64,000 nucleotides of DNA from Desulfonatronovibrio sp. (GTDB taxonomy: Bacteria; Desulfobacterota; Desulfovibrionia; Desulfovibrionales; Desulfonatronovibrionaceae): the NCBI GenBank assembly GCA_003566455.1, contig PXDF01000227.1, positions 19,250-83,249 of the forward strand, read 5' to 3'. Below the pieces are notes generated by a model. The model had not been told where the DNA came from. It did no database searches and was given only the letters and a program-made list of their open reading frames with translations. A program made the position numbers and the translations under genes. Numbering within the stretch: position 1 is the first letter of the stretch; each line of letters starts with the position of its first letter. Positions 47,608-58,300 of this stretch are shown one piece after another.

Positions 47608-48562
47608 GACGCACCCTGGGATCAAGGAACCCGTAAGCTGATTCCAGTGCAATGTTGATCAGAAGAATGGCCAGTGAGGAAAAGAGCACAATACCCTGGA
47701 CCAGAGGCAGGTCGCGCTGGGAAATTGCGTTGAACAAAAGGGTCCCCAGGCCCGGGTAGGAATAGATGGTCTCGATGACCAGTGCGCCGGTAACCATGAA
47801 AGCGATGCGCAGTCCAAACCTGGTAACCATGGGCAGAAGGGCGTTTCTGGCTGCATGGGCGTAACGCACTCGCACGGAAGGCAGCCCCTTGGCTCTGGCT
47901 GTTTCCAGATACTGTTTCTTAAGAATCATGACCATGCTGGCCCTGGTCAGCAGAAAGTTTCCCGGAAAATACGCCAGAAAAAGGGTGGTAAAAGGAAGGG
48001 CCAGGTGTTTGAGAATGTCAGTGAAGCGCGCCAGGCCTGAGAGTTCAGCATAGGCTGTTTCTCCGCCCACGGCTGGAAACCAGCCCAGATAAAAGGCAAA
48101 AACCATAAGCAGGATAACCCCTGTTCCAATTTCAGGGATCCCCTGAAGCACGGTCATAATCCCGACCCCGGATTTTTCCGCGGCGCTCCCCCGTCTCCAG
48201 GCCGCTTCCACCCCGGCTAAAAAGCCCGCAATCATGGACAGGACATGGGCGCTGCCCATGAGCAGAAGGGTCCAGGGCAGGGCCTGCAGGATCAGCCGGG
48301 AAATGGGAGACAGAAAAGCATAAGAATATCCCCATTCGAGGGTAACAAGGTCTTTCAGATACCGGCCAAACCCATCCTGAGCCGTATAGTATGACCTGAG
48401 TTCCTGCTCCTGGGCAGCACTCAAGGTTACATGGGAGCTGGAGTATATGGCTGAGACAAAATCGCCGGGCAGCATCCGGGGCAGAAGATAACCCGCGTGC
48501 ACCATGACCAATGCGGCCAGGGCGTATGCGAGCAAATTAGATCCAGGACCGGTCCGGCGCAT
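47597..48562 (-). CDS. ABC transporter permease (DppB/NikB-like)
   Basis: BPD-type permease with the EAA-like region ETARAKGL. Confidence 0.85.
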   Translation of the reverse strand: MRRTGPGSNLLAYALAALVMVHAGYLLPRMLPGDFVSAIYSSSHVTLSAAQEQELRSYYTAQDGFGRYLKDLVTLEWGYSYAFLSPISRLILQALPWTLLLMGSAHVLSMIAGFLAGVEAAWRRGSAAEKSGVGIMTVLQGIPEIGTGVILLMVFAFYLGWFPAVGGETAYAELSGLARFTDILKHLALPFTTLFLAYFPGNFLLTRASMVMILKKQYLETARAKGLPSVRVRYAHAARNALLPMVTRFGLRIAFMVTGALVIETIYSYPGLGTLLFNAISQRDLPLVQGIVLFSSLAILLINIALESAYGFLDPRVRHAS

Positions 48563-48563
48563 A

Positions 48564-49505
48564 TTACCTGATCAGAGCCATCTTGTTCTGGGGGATGGGA
48601 ATGCCCTTGCTTATGCCGCCCCTGGTATAAAACCACTCAATGCCTTTATCCGGGTTATACGCGGCATAGGAATCAGGATAGTACAGGGAAATGGCCGGCA
48701 GATCACGGGCGTAGACTTCCTGGATTTTGTAGACCAGCTCTTTTCTGCGCTCATGGTCCATTTCCAGCATCTGCTCTTTTATCAAAGCGTTGAGTTCAGG
48801 GTTTTCATCAAAGCGGGCGCTGTTCACCGAACCGGCCCCATACTCGGATGAAATCATCTCGTTGAGGATTCTGGGGTCTCCGGAAATGCCCCCATGTCCG
48901 GATATGGCCAGGTCAAAATCCCAGTTCCGGACCTTGCTGTCCGTGGTGGTCTGCTCAAGGCTGACCAGCTCCACAGTTATCCCGGCGTTTTCCAGCTGCC
49001 TTCTGATGACTTCGCCGTCCCTGTCAGGTACGCTTTGCCCGCCCACGGTAATGGTTGAGGCGAGCAGCTCGACCTTCAGGGGCTGACCGTTCTTATGAAA
49101 AAAACCATTGCTGTCTTCCTGAAAGCCCATGGCCCTGATCAGCTCTCTGGTTTTGACCGGGTCAAAGCTGTAGGAAGGAGTGTCTGGGTTGTACATTTCA
49201 TGATCAATGGACAGCAGTCCATACGAGGCAGGGGTCCCGAAACCCCTGTGCGACTTGTCGATAATTTCCTGCTGGTCTATGGCATGGGCCAGAGCCTGGC
49301 GGAATTTTCTGTCGCTGAAAGGAGCCTTTCTGTGATTGATCATGAGTTTTTTGTTCCATCCCGGCTCATCCCTGATGACAACGAATCCTTGTTTTCTCAG
49401 GGGTTCGGCCATGTCCGGCTGAATATTGGAAAGGTCCGCCTGGCTGGCCGGGAGGGTGACCATACACTGAATTGTCAGGCCTGTATCCTGATTGTGGCAA
49501 ATCAA
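48564..49505 (-). CDS. family-5 ABC substrate-binding protein, N-terminally truncated (possible pseudogene)
   Basis: Only the C-terminal ~310 aa of a ~520-aa family are present (INHRKAPFSDRKFRQALAHAIDQ...). There is no signal peptide. The frame is open upstream into the next gene but has no start. Confidence 0.65.
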   Translation of the reverse strand: MICHNQDTGLTIQCMVTLPASQADLSNIQPDMAEPLRKQGFVVIRDEPGWNKKLMINHRKAPFSDRKFRQALAHAIDQQEIIDKSHRGFGTPASYGLLSIDHEMYNPDTPSYSFDPVKTRELIRAMGFQEDSNGFFHKNGQPLKVELLASTITVGGQSVPDRDGEVIRRQLENAGITVELVSLEQTTTDSKVRNWDFDLAISGHGGISGDPRILNEMISSEYGAGSVNSARFDENPELNALIKEQMLEMDHERRKELVYKIQEVYARDLPAISLYYPDSYAAYNPDKGIEWFYTRGGISKGIPIPQNKMALIR

Positions 49506-49678
49506 CTCAAGCGATTCATCATAATTGGTGTTAATCAGGGCCTGAAGTGACCACTGACTTCTGGATGTCCTTAAGGATAGAACGGTAATCGGGTATAGCC
49601 CCTGAACAACTTTATCTGAAAATCTGCCATAAACTTTTCCCTTTTTTGTGTGCAGCCAGATCTTATAATTGCCGGCAT

Positions 49679-50284
49679 CTAATTTTTCTGGAAAAACAAT
49701 CTCAGCTCTTCCTTACGCAATACCTCGCAATAATGTTCGATCTTCCTGGCCACTATTCTGGAATCCTCAGATCTGTGAAAATTGTCCATCAGGTACAGGA
49801 TGACCTCTTTTTCCTTGTAGGCAAGCCTTTTTAAAAAATAACGATACGCTTCAGGACCTGGATAAACCTTCCTGATCAACTCTACAAGAGTATTTCCATG
49901 CTTTAAAAGCATGGGCCGGTAATGATCCTCCAGGATCTTAATCACCTTTATCTCTTTTTGGGCCAGGATAGTCTCCTCTGATGTAGCCAGGGAGACCTGG
50001 GGAAAATAATCCTCAACATCATAACTTACTTTCTTTCCGGACTCCGCTTCGATATAAGCTTTGTCCAGGGCCTTTTGCTTTGTGCTCAAGATGCTCTCAG
50101 CAAATGTACGTACCCCGATTTTGTAATGTTTGATTATCATGAAGTGATGGACAAAAAGTATGGGAATTAAAATCATCCAGGCAGAGGCTTCAGGCTTTTC
50201 CACTACATTTCTGGCCAATGCGTAGGCGAATTGTTCTTCATGACTAAGAATCATTTCGTATTTTCTTATGAGATCAGAAGACAC
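49679..50284 (-). CDS. hypothetical membrane-anchored protein (201 aa)
   Basis: A long ORF with one central TM segment (AWMILIPILFVHHFMII). I recognise no family. Confidence 0.45.
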   Translation of the reverse strand: MSSDLIRKYEMILSHEEQFAYALARNVVEKPEASAWMILIPILFVHHFMIIKHYKIGVRTFAESILSTKQKALDKAYIEAESGKKVSYDVEDYFPQVSLATSEETILAQKEIKVIKILEDHYRPMLLKHGNTLVELIRKVYPGPEAYRYFLKRLAYKEKEVILYLMDNFHRSEDSRIVARKIEHYCEVLRKEELRLFFQKN

Positions 50285-50978
50285 TCTTCAGCTCCTTAAC
50301 ACCTTGTTATCATGAAAGAAGACCTGAATAATAGCGTATTTTTAAATGTCTGTTTTCCACAGCTTATGAATTAATCAAAAAGCCTTGATCAGATCTTCAG
50401 GTTTCTGAAAATATTTACTGTTTCCTGAACCTCCTGGTCAATTTCCAAACTTTTTTATGTGGTTGAGTACAGGCTGTATGACAGAACAGAATCCAGGCTG
50501 AGCCCTTTATGTGTTTATTGCCAGGGTTGTAATGCATGACATGGAGTCATCCGGCATTAGCCAGAATCAAAAGCTTTTTTCTCTTTTTTCGTAATCGGCA
50601 GACGGTTTTTTACAAAAATAAGAGAAAGGTTCGCGGGTTATGTTCTTGTTACTAAAAACAAAAAAACCGCCTCCGCCAGGCAACGGAAAACGGCACAATT
50701 ATCACTGTTGTTTTTGAGACCGAGATAGTTTCAGCCAGGGCCAGTACACATCCGGCAGTAATGGGAGGAGAATGATTAGTAGCCATAATCCGTTAGGAAT
50801 AAATATTAAAGTGTTAAATTAAAATTGTATGTTAATTTGTTAATAATGTTATCATTATTTTTATAAAACTGTAAAGCTTTTTTTCATTTTTCAGATGTCA
50901 AAAAAAGACCACTCCCAAGATTTTGATGTCGCACAGGATAATCCCCAAACGCTCTGAAACAAAAAAACTCTGGCCAGT

Positions 50979-51287
50979 CTAATTATCAATGGTCAACCGG
51001 GCACTGGCCATTTCAATACCGGGCACTTCAAGTCCCTCAATGCCAAGGTTGTCTGCCAGGTCCTGGCTCATGGAGCGATACATGAGACGTACAGTGACTT
51101 GATGCTTGCCGTTGCCCAGCCTGTCCCGCAGTATTTCAAATACCTGTTCATCAGCTCCCTTTGCCGGCATCCTGCGTTCATAAGCGATCTCCTGTGCCAG
51201 CCAACTCTTGGGGGTCAAGTTGCCTTCAGCATCCCTGAACACCTTGCGGTAGAATACCGTTTCCGGATGGACATGGTTACCCTCCAC
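50979..51287 (-). CDS. hypothetical protein; possibly the C-terminal fragment of a multihaem cytochrome c
   Basis: GTG-initiated 102-aa ORF. The pattern YRKVFRDAEGNLTP..W.A.EIAYERRMPAKG...VTVRLMYRS resembles tails of multihaem cytochromes from memory only. No CxxCH motif is present. Confidence 0.3.
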   Translation of the reverse strand: MEGNHVHPETVFYRKVFRDAEGNLTPKSWLAQEIAYERRMPAKGADEQVFEILRDRLGNGKHQVTVRLMYRSMSQDLADNLGIEGLEVPGIEMASARLTIDN

Positions 51288-51617
51288 AACGTGCCCTGAC
51301 TCAAAAACTGTCCGGCGGAGACAGCTGGCCGGCGTGCTTTTGTTTTTGATGTATTACGGGCATTATTTTTCATGGATTGGCTTCTTTTCTAAGCAACAGC
51401 AGTGCAGTTAAGGGTTAAACATACAGAGAAGAGGTCTTCAACCATCACTTTAGCTTTTGTGCATATCTCAAAAATGAAATTTTGCACAAAACATAGTCTG
51501 CGACCGTAGAAAATAAAAAACCGCTTCCTGACTTTTAATAAAACACTAACAGCCTGAGGCTTGAGATAATAATCTGATCTGATTGTCTTAAAATCATGGT
51601 CATATATCCGGTTTTCA

Positions 51618-52697
51618 TTAAAACTGAGGACTGTTTAAGATTACAGAATAGGCTCCAAACAATGCCCACGCCTGATCACCTGTCTGCAGGCCCATGCGTT
51701 TCTGGCTGGCTGTTGTGACTATTGCACATAATTCAGTACCTTCTTCCAGGGTCAGTATCACCTCGGTATTCACCCGCCCGGAACAGATTCCGGCAACAGT
51801 TCCCTGTATCCGGTTCTCCGCACTGATATGGCCCGCTCCTTCAGAACAGGCAATGAATACTGTGGGCGCCTTGATTTCTGCTGTAACTAATGAACCCTTT
51901 CTCAGGCGCATCTTTTTCAGGCTGCCGTTGGTAATGATTGAAGAGATGCTTATACCTCCAAGAGTAAGCAGAACTATCCCAGCCTGAATATCACCCTTGA
52001 TTATATTGATTATTTTGCCGAAAAATATATTTCGGGCACTGGTCCTGCGACTGCTTTCACGGTCCATGTGCCTTCTTAAAATGTGCTGAATATCCTCGTC
52101 AGAAAATTCAAGCAGAGTCGAGGCTGAGCTGGGCCTGGAATGACCAAGCAGCTTTTCTATAACCGGGAAAGGTAAATTGGCCCGCAACAACTCAACGGAT
52201 CTTGAGCGACGCAAAGTACTGGGGTTACCAAAATCTCTGGGAAATCCACAGGCTTGTGCGCGTTCATAAAACTTTCGACGGACATGGCCCGGGTCAATGT
52301 GAAACAGTGAATTATCATTATTAAGCCTGTATCCTTTGACATATGAATGAAGGTCTTTTACCAGATCCTCCGGTATCTCTATTGATCTTGAGCTTCCTAA
52401 AAAGTTTGAACCCAGTCTGACAATCCGGTCTTCAAAGATAATAGCATCAGATTTCAGGTTCAGAATTTCATGCAGCCTGGCTCCTGTATGGCGGATCAAC
52501 AGGAATATAAGCAGGATTCTTTGTCTTGATCGGCGAATGTCGGGCCTTTGTGAATCCCGCGCCCATTTTCGAAATGATTGTTCCATTTCTGCGAGCTGGA
52601 CCATGTCCAGAACCTTTGCCCCGGGGGAAAGGGCAAAAACGTTGCTTCCGGGTGTCTTTCTATCAAAACGGCAGTTCTTGGAAGAAGGGTTGGTCAT
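51618..52697 (-). CDS. TunR-like regulator: tyrosine-recombinase-fold domain fused to tandem TOBE/Mop oxyanion-binding domains
   Basis: Integrase-like HTGARLHEIL...LRRSRSVELL...LLGHS, with F (LLEF) where the catalytic Tyr is expected. Two Mop/TOBE repeats follow (ARNIFFGKIINI..., AENRIQGTVAGI...). Confidence 0.7.
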   Translation of the reverse strand: MTNPSSKNCRFDRKTPGSNVFALSPGAKVLDMVQLAEMEQSFRKWARDSQRPDIRRSRQRILLIFLLIRHTGARLHEILNLKSDAIIFEDRIVRLGSNFLGSSRSIEIPEDLVKDLHSYVKGYRLNNDNSLFHIDPGHVRRKFYERAQACGFPRDFGNPSTLRRSRSVELLRANLPFPVIEKLLGHSRPSSASTLLEFSDEDIQHILRRHMDRESSRRTSARNIFFGKIINIIKGDIQAGIVLLTLGGISISSIITNGSLKKMRLRKGSLVTAEIKAPTVFIACSEGAGHISAENRIQGTVAGICSGRVNTEVILTLEEGTELCAIVTTASQKRMGLQTGDQAWALFGAYSVILNSPQF

Positions 52698-52816
52698 TGA
52701 TGATCTCTTGCAATTCTAAAAAACATTCAGGTTTGACAACTATCTGTCAATATATACTTTGTTATTCATTCACTTAAGACTTGGCAAGAAAAATTCAATC
52801 CTGCCGAATCCTTTGC

Positions 52817-52845
52817 TTGACTTGAACATATGTCAGGGATAAAAA
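52817..52845 (+). promoter_or_regulatory. sigma-70-like promoter candidate for the TauE-like gene
   Basis: TTGACT at 52817-52822, a 17-nt spacer and TAAAAA at 52840-52845. Confidence 0.35.
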
Positions 52846-52847
52846 TT

Positions 52848-52879
52848 ACTGACACGAAATAAAAATATTTCGTGTCAGT
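52848..52879. promoter_or_regulatory. perfect 14-bp inverted repeat (operator or leader hairpin)
   Basis: actgacacgaaata-aaaa-tatttcgtgtcagt lies immediately downstream of the -10 candidate and 85 nt before ATG 52964. Confidence 0.6.
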
Positions 52880-52963
52880 TTACCATTTAACACCTTGATA
52901 TCATATAAAATAACCGGCAAGGGCAGTGTAAAACCCTCTCAACTTTACTAATGGAGGCCAGTC

Positions 52964-53911
52964 ATGTTTTTTCCGGTTGCAGGAATTGAAGTAGCTCCAT
53001 GGATACCTTTTGCTGCGGGTTTTGCGGTAGCTTTTGTATGCTCCATGGGAGGAGTGTCAGGAGCCAATCTTCTTTTGCCTTTTCAGGTCAGTGTGCTGGG
53101 TTTTGTCTCTCCAGCGGTAAGCGCCACCAATCATCTGTTCAATATAGTAGCCATCCCAAGCGGGGTCTACAGGTATATCAGGGAAGGGAGGATGGTCTGG
53201 CCCCTGACCTGGATAGTTATAGCCGGGACCGTGCCCGGGGTTTTCATCGGCGTTTTTTTCAGGATTCGTTATCTTCCTGATCCCACCCATTTCCGGGTCT
53301 TTGCCGGAATTGTTCTTCTATATATCGGTTATGTCATGGTCCGTTCCCTGATCAAGGGTCCACCCCCGGGGACGGACAAAGCCTCTTCTGAAAAACGTTT
53401 TCAGGAACTGGTAAGCCGTTTTCAAAAAATGGACGCAGCCACCAGGGAGCCCCTGCCCAGAGTCCAGCTCAGACATTTTGGCCTGAAATCAGTGCAGTAT
53501 TCATTTTACGGAGAAAACATTTCCGCTCCCACCATGGGCATCCTCATCCTGAGCGCCATAGTCGGGGTCGTGGGAGGCATGTACGGGATCGGCGGCGGGG
53601 CCATTATCGCGCCCTTTTTCGTGGCCGTGTTTCATCTGCCGGTTTACACCATTGCCGGAGCCTGCCTCATGGGGACATTCATAACCTCAGTGGTGGCAGC
53701 CCTGTTTTTCCAGTTCCTTGCCCCTTTTTATCCGGACATGGCAGTCGCTCCGGACTGGATGCTGGGAATCCTGATGGGTGCAGGGGGAATGATAGGCATG
53801 TACATCGGCGCCAGAGTCCAGAAATTTGTTCCGGCCAAGGTCATCAAGTGGATACTGGCCTTTATCCTTGTGTTTACTGGAGGCAGATACGTGCTGAGCT
53901 TTTTGTTTTAA
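52964..53911 (+). CDS. TauE/SafE family anion exporter-like permease
   Basis: Two 4-TM halves separated by a ~60-aa hydrophilic loop, with TauE-like glycine-rich helices. Confidence 0.8.
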   Translation: MFFPVAGIEVAPWIPFAAGFAVAFVCSMGGVSGANLLLPFQVSVLGFVSPAVSATNHLFNIVAIPSGVYRYIREGRMVWPLTWIVIAGTVPGVFIGVFFRIRYLPDPTHFRVFAGIVLLYIGYVMVRSLIKGPPPGTDKASSEKRFQELVSRFQKMDAATREPLPRVQLRHFGLKSVQYSFYGENISAPTMGILILSAIVGVVGGMYGIGGGAIIAPFFVAVFHLPVYTIAGACLMGTFITSVVAALFFQFLAPFYPDMAVAPDWMLGILMGAGGMIGMYIGARVQKFVPAKVIKWILAFILVFTGGRYVLSFLF

Positions 53912-54316
53912 AATCTTATACTGGTGCTGACGAAGTCTCATTATTGCCTTTCAACTTAAAAATCCTGCACAGAACAGCCGCGATAGCTGGTCCTGCGGCC
54001 AGAACGTTTGAAGATAAGCCATGCCTGGAAGGAAAAATGATAAAGTCAAAGTGGTTATGGTTTACTGAGGTAGTATAAAAGAGGCAAAAACCGCTAAATT
54101 ATAAGAAGTCTTGTTGACACAGCCTCATGCAGAGCATATCAGACAGATTGTCAAAGATCGATCCTCCGGGCTTTTTATCTGCTCTGAATATTAAGATGGG
54201 TGTTTGAAAAACCAAACAGACTTATCTGGTGCTAATCTGCAATGAAATAATATGATCCCTGCAGGCTGATCAACACTGAACTTTTTTTAAAAATCTCCAA
54301 GGATAATTTACGGAAA

Positions 54317-55384
54317 ATGCCTTTTACAGCCAAAGACCTTCAGCCATCAGCAATGATGTTTACATTGCTTTGCCTTGCATGTTTATGGTTCCTTAGTTCT
54401 TGCTCGAACCAGACAGGCGAAGCTAACCCCATTGAATCATCTCAGCCCAGGCGTATAAATGTTTTGGTGCAGGAAATCATTCCTGTCACAGTAAGGGATG
54501 TTGTTTTGCTGCCAGGAGTTGCCCATGCCTGGTTTGAGGTCCGACTGGCCTCAGAAACATCAGGAAGGGTGGAAAAACTGCTGGTGCGGGAAGGAAGTGA
54601 AGTCAGTAAAGATCAGGTACTGGGGCATATAGACGTCACCCCTCTCAGTGCGGGTCTGACCCGGGCCAGGTCCGCCTTTGAGCTGTTGGAAGAACAGCTG
54701 CGCAGACGTGAAAACCTTTTTCAGGAAAGAATTATCTCTGAAGAAGAACTGGACAGAGTTCGGGCTGAAAAGGTGCAGGCCCGCGAAGTCCTGCGTCAGG
54801 CTGAGATTGAATACAACAGGGGGCTTGTGCGGGCGCCGAGCAAGGCAAGGGTTAACACCCTGCTTGTTGAAGCCGGGGAATTTGTGGACCGGGGAGAGGT
54901 TATGATTGAGCTGGTGAATATTGAAAAAATCAAGTTCCAGGTCCAGGTTCCGGAAATGGATGTCCGCTTCCTTAAAACAGGTCAACCAGTCCAGGTCATG
55001 GTTGACGCCTATCAGGATCAGCTCTTTGCGGGAACAGTTGATTTCATATCCTTTAAGGCTGATCAATCCACAAATACCTTCCGCACCCAGGTTGTGGTTG
55101 ACAATCCTCAAGCAACAATCCGCCCCGGGATGATTGCAAGGGTGGCTTTTGAGCGCCGGGTCATCTCCGATACTGTAGCTGTTCCTCTTTCAGCCCTTAT
55201 CGATCGGGGCGGGGAACGCCTGGTTTATATTGAGGAAGATGGAGTGGCCTGGTCCAGGCAGGTCCGTATAGGCATCATTGAGCGCGACCGGGTTCAGATC
55301 CTTGAGGGACTGAAACCCGGAGACAGACTTATCATTGCCGGACAGCGCGAAGTTGAAGACGGAACCCTGGTGCTGGTGCAATGA
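54317..55384 (+). CDS. efflux RND transporter periplasmic adaptor subunit
   Basis: Lipoprotein-type signal (LSSCS), a coiled-coil hairpin and a barrel domain pattern. 4-nt overlap with the RND pump gene. Confidence 0.9.
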   Translation: MPFTAKDLQPSAMMFTLLCLACLWFLSSCSNQTGEANPIESSQPRRINVLVQEIIPVTVRDVVLLPGVAHAWFEVRLASETSGRVEKLLVREGSEVSKDQVLGHIDVTPLSAGLTRARSAFELLEEQLRRRENLFQERIISEEELDRVRAEKVQAREVLRQAEIEYNRGLVRAPSKARVNTLLVEAGEFVDRGEVMIELVNIEKIKFQVQVPEMDVRFLKTGQPVQVMVDAYQDQLFAGTVDFISFKADQSTNTFRTQVVVDNPQATIRPGMIARVAFERRVISDTVAVPLSALIDRGGERLVYIEEDGVAWSRQVRIGIIERDRVQILEGLKPGDRLIIAGQREVEDGTLVLVQ

Positions 55385-58300
55385 TCATAAACCAGTGGGC
55401 ATTGCGCCGACAGGCATCAGTTCTGACTCTGCTGGTGATCCTGGTCATAGTCGGCGTCTATTCTTACATGACCCTGCCCAGGGAGTCCTTTCCAGATATC
55501 ACTATTCCCTACGTGTTTGTGACCACCACCTATGAAGGTGTGTCTCCGGAAGACATGGAAACCCTGATTACCATACCCATTGAGCGCAAGCTCAAGGGTC
55601 TGGCCGGGGTGGAGGAGATCCGGGCCAGCTCTGCTGAAGGTTTATCCACAGTTGCAGTCAAATTCATGCCCACAGTGGACATTGACGATGCCCTGCAGAA
55701 GGTGCGGGTCAAGGTTGACCAGGCCAAGGCTGATCTGCCGGCGGAACTCGAAGATGATCCGTTGGTGGAAGAGGTCAATTTTTCAGACATCCCGGTGATA
55801 CGGGTGGTGCTTTCAGGTCCATACTCTCTGGCCAGGCTCAAGAGCTGGGCCGAGGACCTCAAGGACCAGATCGAAACCATTCCCGGCGTGCTCAATGTCC
55901 TGGAAAGCGGTGGCCTTGAGCGCGAAATCAGGGTGGAATTCGACCTGGATCGCCTCAGGGCCTACAACGTGCCTTTTTCCAGCATGATCCAGGCTGTGAC
56001 CCAAAGCAATGTTAACATGCCCAGCGGAAGCATGGACATCGGACAGACACGCTACCTGGTGCGCGTCCCGGAAGACTTCAAACATCCTTCGGAAATTTTT
56101 TCAATCGTGGCTTTTGTCCGCGATGGCAGACCAGTCTACCTGCGGGATGTGGCCAGAATCGAGGACACGCACAAGGACCCCCTGACCCGCAGCCGGATCA
56201 ATGGAAGCCCCAGCGTGACCCTGTCCGTGCAGAAACGAAGCGGAGAGAATATTGTCCGGATCTGCGACGAGGTGCGGGCTGTGGTGGATGAGGCAAGACC
56301 TCTGCTGCCTCAAAATCTGCAGATGGACATCACTTCGGATATGTCCAAAAACGTCCGGCTGATAGTCTCAGAACTGGAGAACAGCATCCTTACAGGGCTG
56401 ATTCTGGTGCTTGCGGTGATTCTGATATTCATCGGCGGCCGTTCAGCCGTGTTTGTGGCCATGGCCATTCCCTATTCAATGTTTATGGGGTTTGCCCTGC
56501 TGGCCGGGTTCGGAATAACCCTGAATATGGTGGTGCTCTTCTCTCTGATCCTGGCCCTGGGCATGCTCGTGGACAACGGCATCGTGATCGTGGAGAATAT
56601 ATACCGGCACATGCAGGACGGCCAGCCAAGGGAACTGGCCGCGCGTATCGGCACTGACCAGGTGGCCTGGCCGGTGACCACGGCCACCTTGACCACCCTG
56701 GCCGCGTTCATTCCCATGCTTTTCTGGCCCGGGATCGTTGGTGAGTTCATGATGTTCCTGCCCAAAACCCTGATCATGGTCCTGTCCGCGTCTCTATTCG
56801 TGGCCCTGGTGGTCAACCCTGTACTTTCAGCCCGTTACCAGACAGTCCGCAGGATCATACCCCCTGACCCTGACCAGCCTGTTCGCCAGGCATGGATCAA
56901 AAGAATTTATCTGCATGTTCTTAAGTGGTCTCTTAACCACAGGTTCATTGTCCTTGCTGCTGCTTTTCTGCTCCTGCTGGCCTCAATTACGGGTTTTCAA
57001 ATCTGGGGCAAGGGTGTGGAATTTTTTCCTGAGACCGATCCCAACAGGGCTTTTGTGCATATCCGGGCGCCCGAGGGGACCAGCCTGGAGGCTTCAGACA
57101 GCCTTGTGGCCCGGGTGGAATCCATTGTCATGGAGTATGATGATATTGAACATGTCATTGCCAATATCGGCTCCGCCGGTGGAGATCCTTTTGCGGCAGG
57201 CGGTCCTGGCACTCATCTGAGCCGCGTAATTCTGGATTTCAATGATTTTCATGAACGCTTCCAATCCTCCGCAAAAACCGTGGACGAAATCCGGGAACGG
57301 GTTTTGGATGCTATTGCCGGAGCCGAGCTGCAGGTGGAAAAAGAGGAAGGAGGCCCGCCAACAGGTCCGCCGGTGAACATGGAGATCACTGGAGTGGATA
57401 TCCGGGTGCTTGGCGAGTTGGCCGCGGAAGTACGGCGAACCATAAAAGATATTCCCGGGCTGGTTGACCTTAAGGACAATTTCGTGCACGGAAAGCCTGA
57501 AATACGGATCAATGTGGACAAGGAAAAAGCCGCGCTCCTTGGCCTGGACACCTATTCCATCGCTTATACTGTCAAGGCAGCCATCGGCGGAGTAAGAGTC
57601 GGAGTACTGCGGGACGACCGTGACGAATACGATATAACAGCCCGCCTGCCCGAGGAAGCCAGAAATTCTCTGGAATCCCTGAACCGTCTGACAGTCTCAG
57701 GACCACAGGGCGAACCAATCCCCCTGACCAGTGTGGCTCAGGTGGAGTTGTCCAGTGGAGTGGGAGACATCATGCGCCTGAATCAACGCCGGGTGGTCAC
57801 GGTTTCCGCATCTGTATCCGGGCGTCTGGCCAATGACGTGCTGCAGGATATTGAAAGTGTCCTGGCCGGCTTTGAGTGGCCGCGCGGTTATTCCTATCAG
57901 TTCACAGGTGAGCAGGAAGAGCAGGCCAAGGCCAGGGATTTTCTGAGTAAGGCTTTTATAGCGGTGCTCTTGCTGATTTTCCTGATACTTATCACCCAAT
58001 TCAATTCCGTCATACCTGGCCTGATCATTCTGACCTCGGTCCTGCTCTCATTGATTGGAGTATTCTTCGGTCTGCTGGTCACTGGGATGGCTTTTGGAAT
58101 TATCATGACAGGGATCGGAGTCATAAGTCTTGCCGGAGTGGTGGTGAACAACGCCATCGTGCTCATCGACTATTATATGCAGCTTCTGGGCCGGGGGATG
58201 GAACGCGGCGAGGCACTGCTCAGAGCCGGAATGATCCGGTTCAGGCCTGTAATGCTCACGGCCATCACCACAATCCTGGGTCTCATGCCCATGGCCACTG

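Noticed and set aside
54560-55111. 183-aa minus-strand ORF
   Set aside because: It is antisense to the RND adaptor gene.
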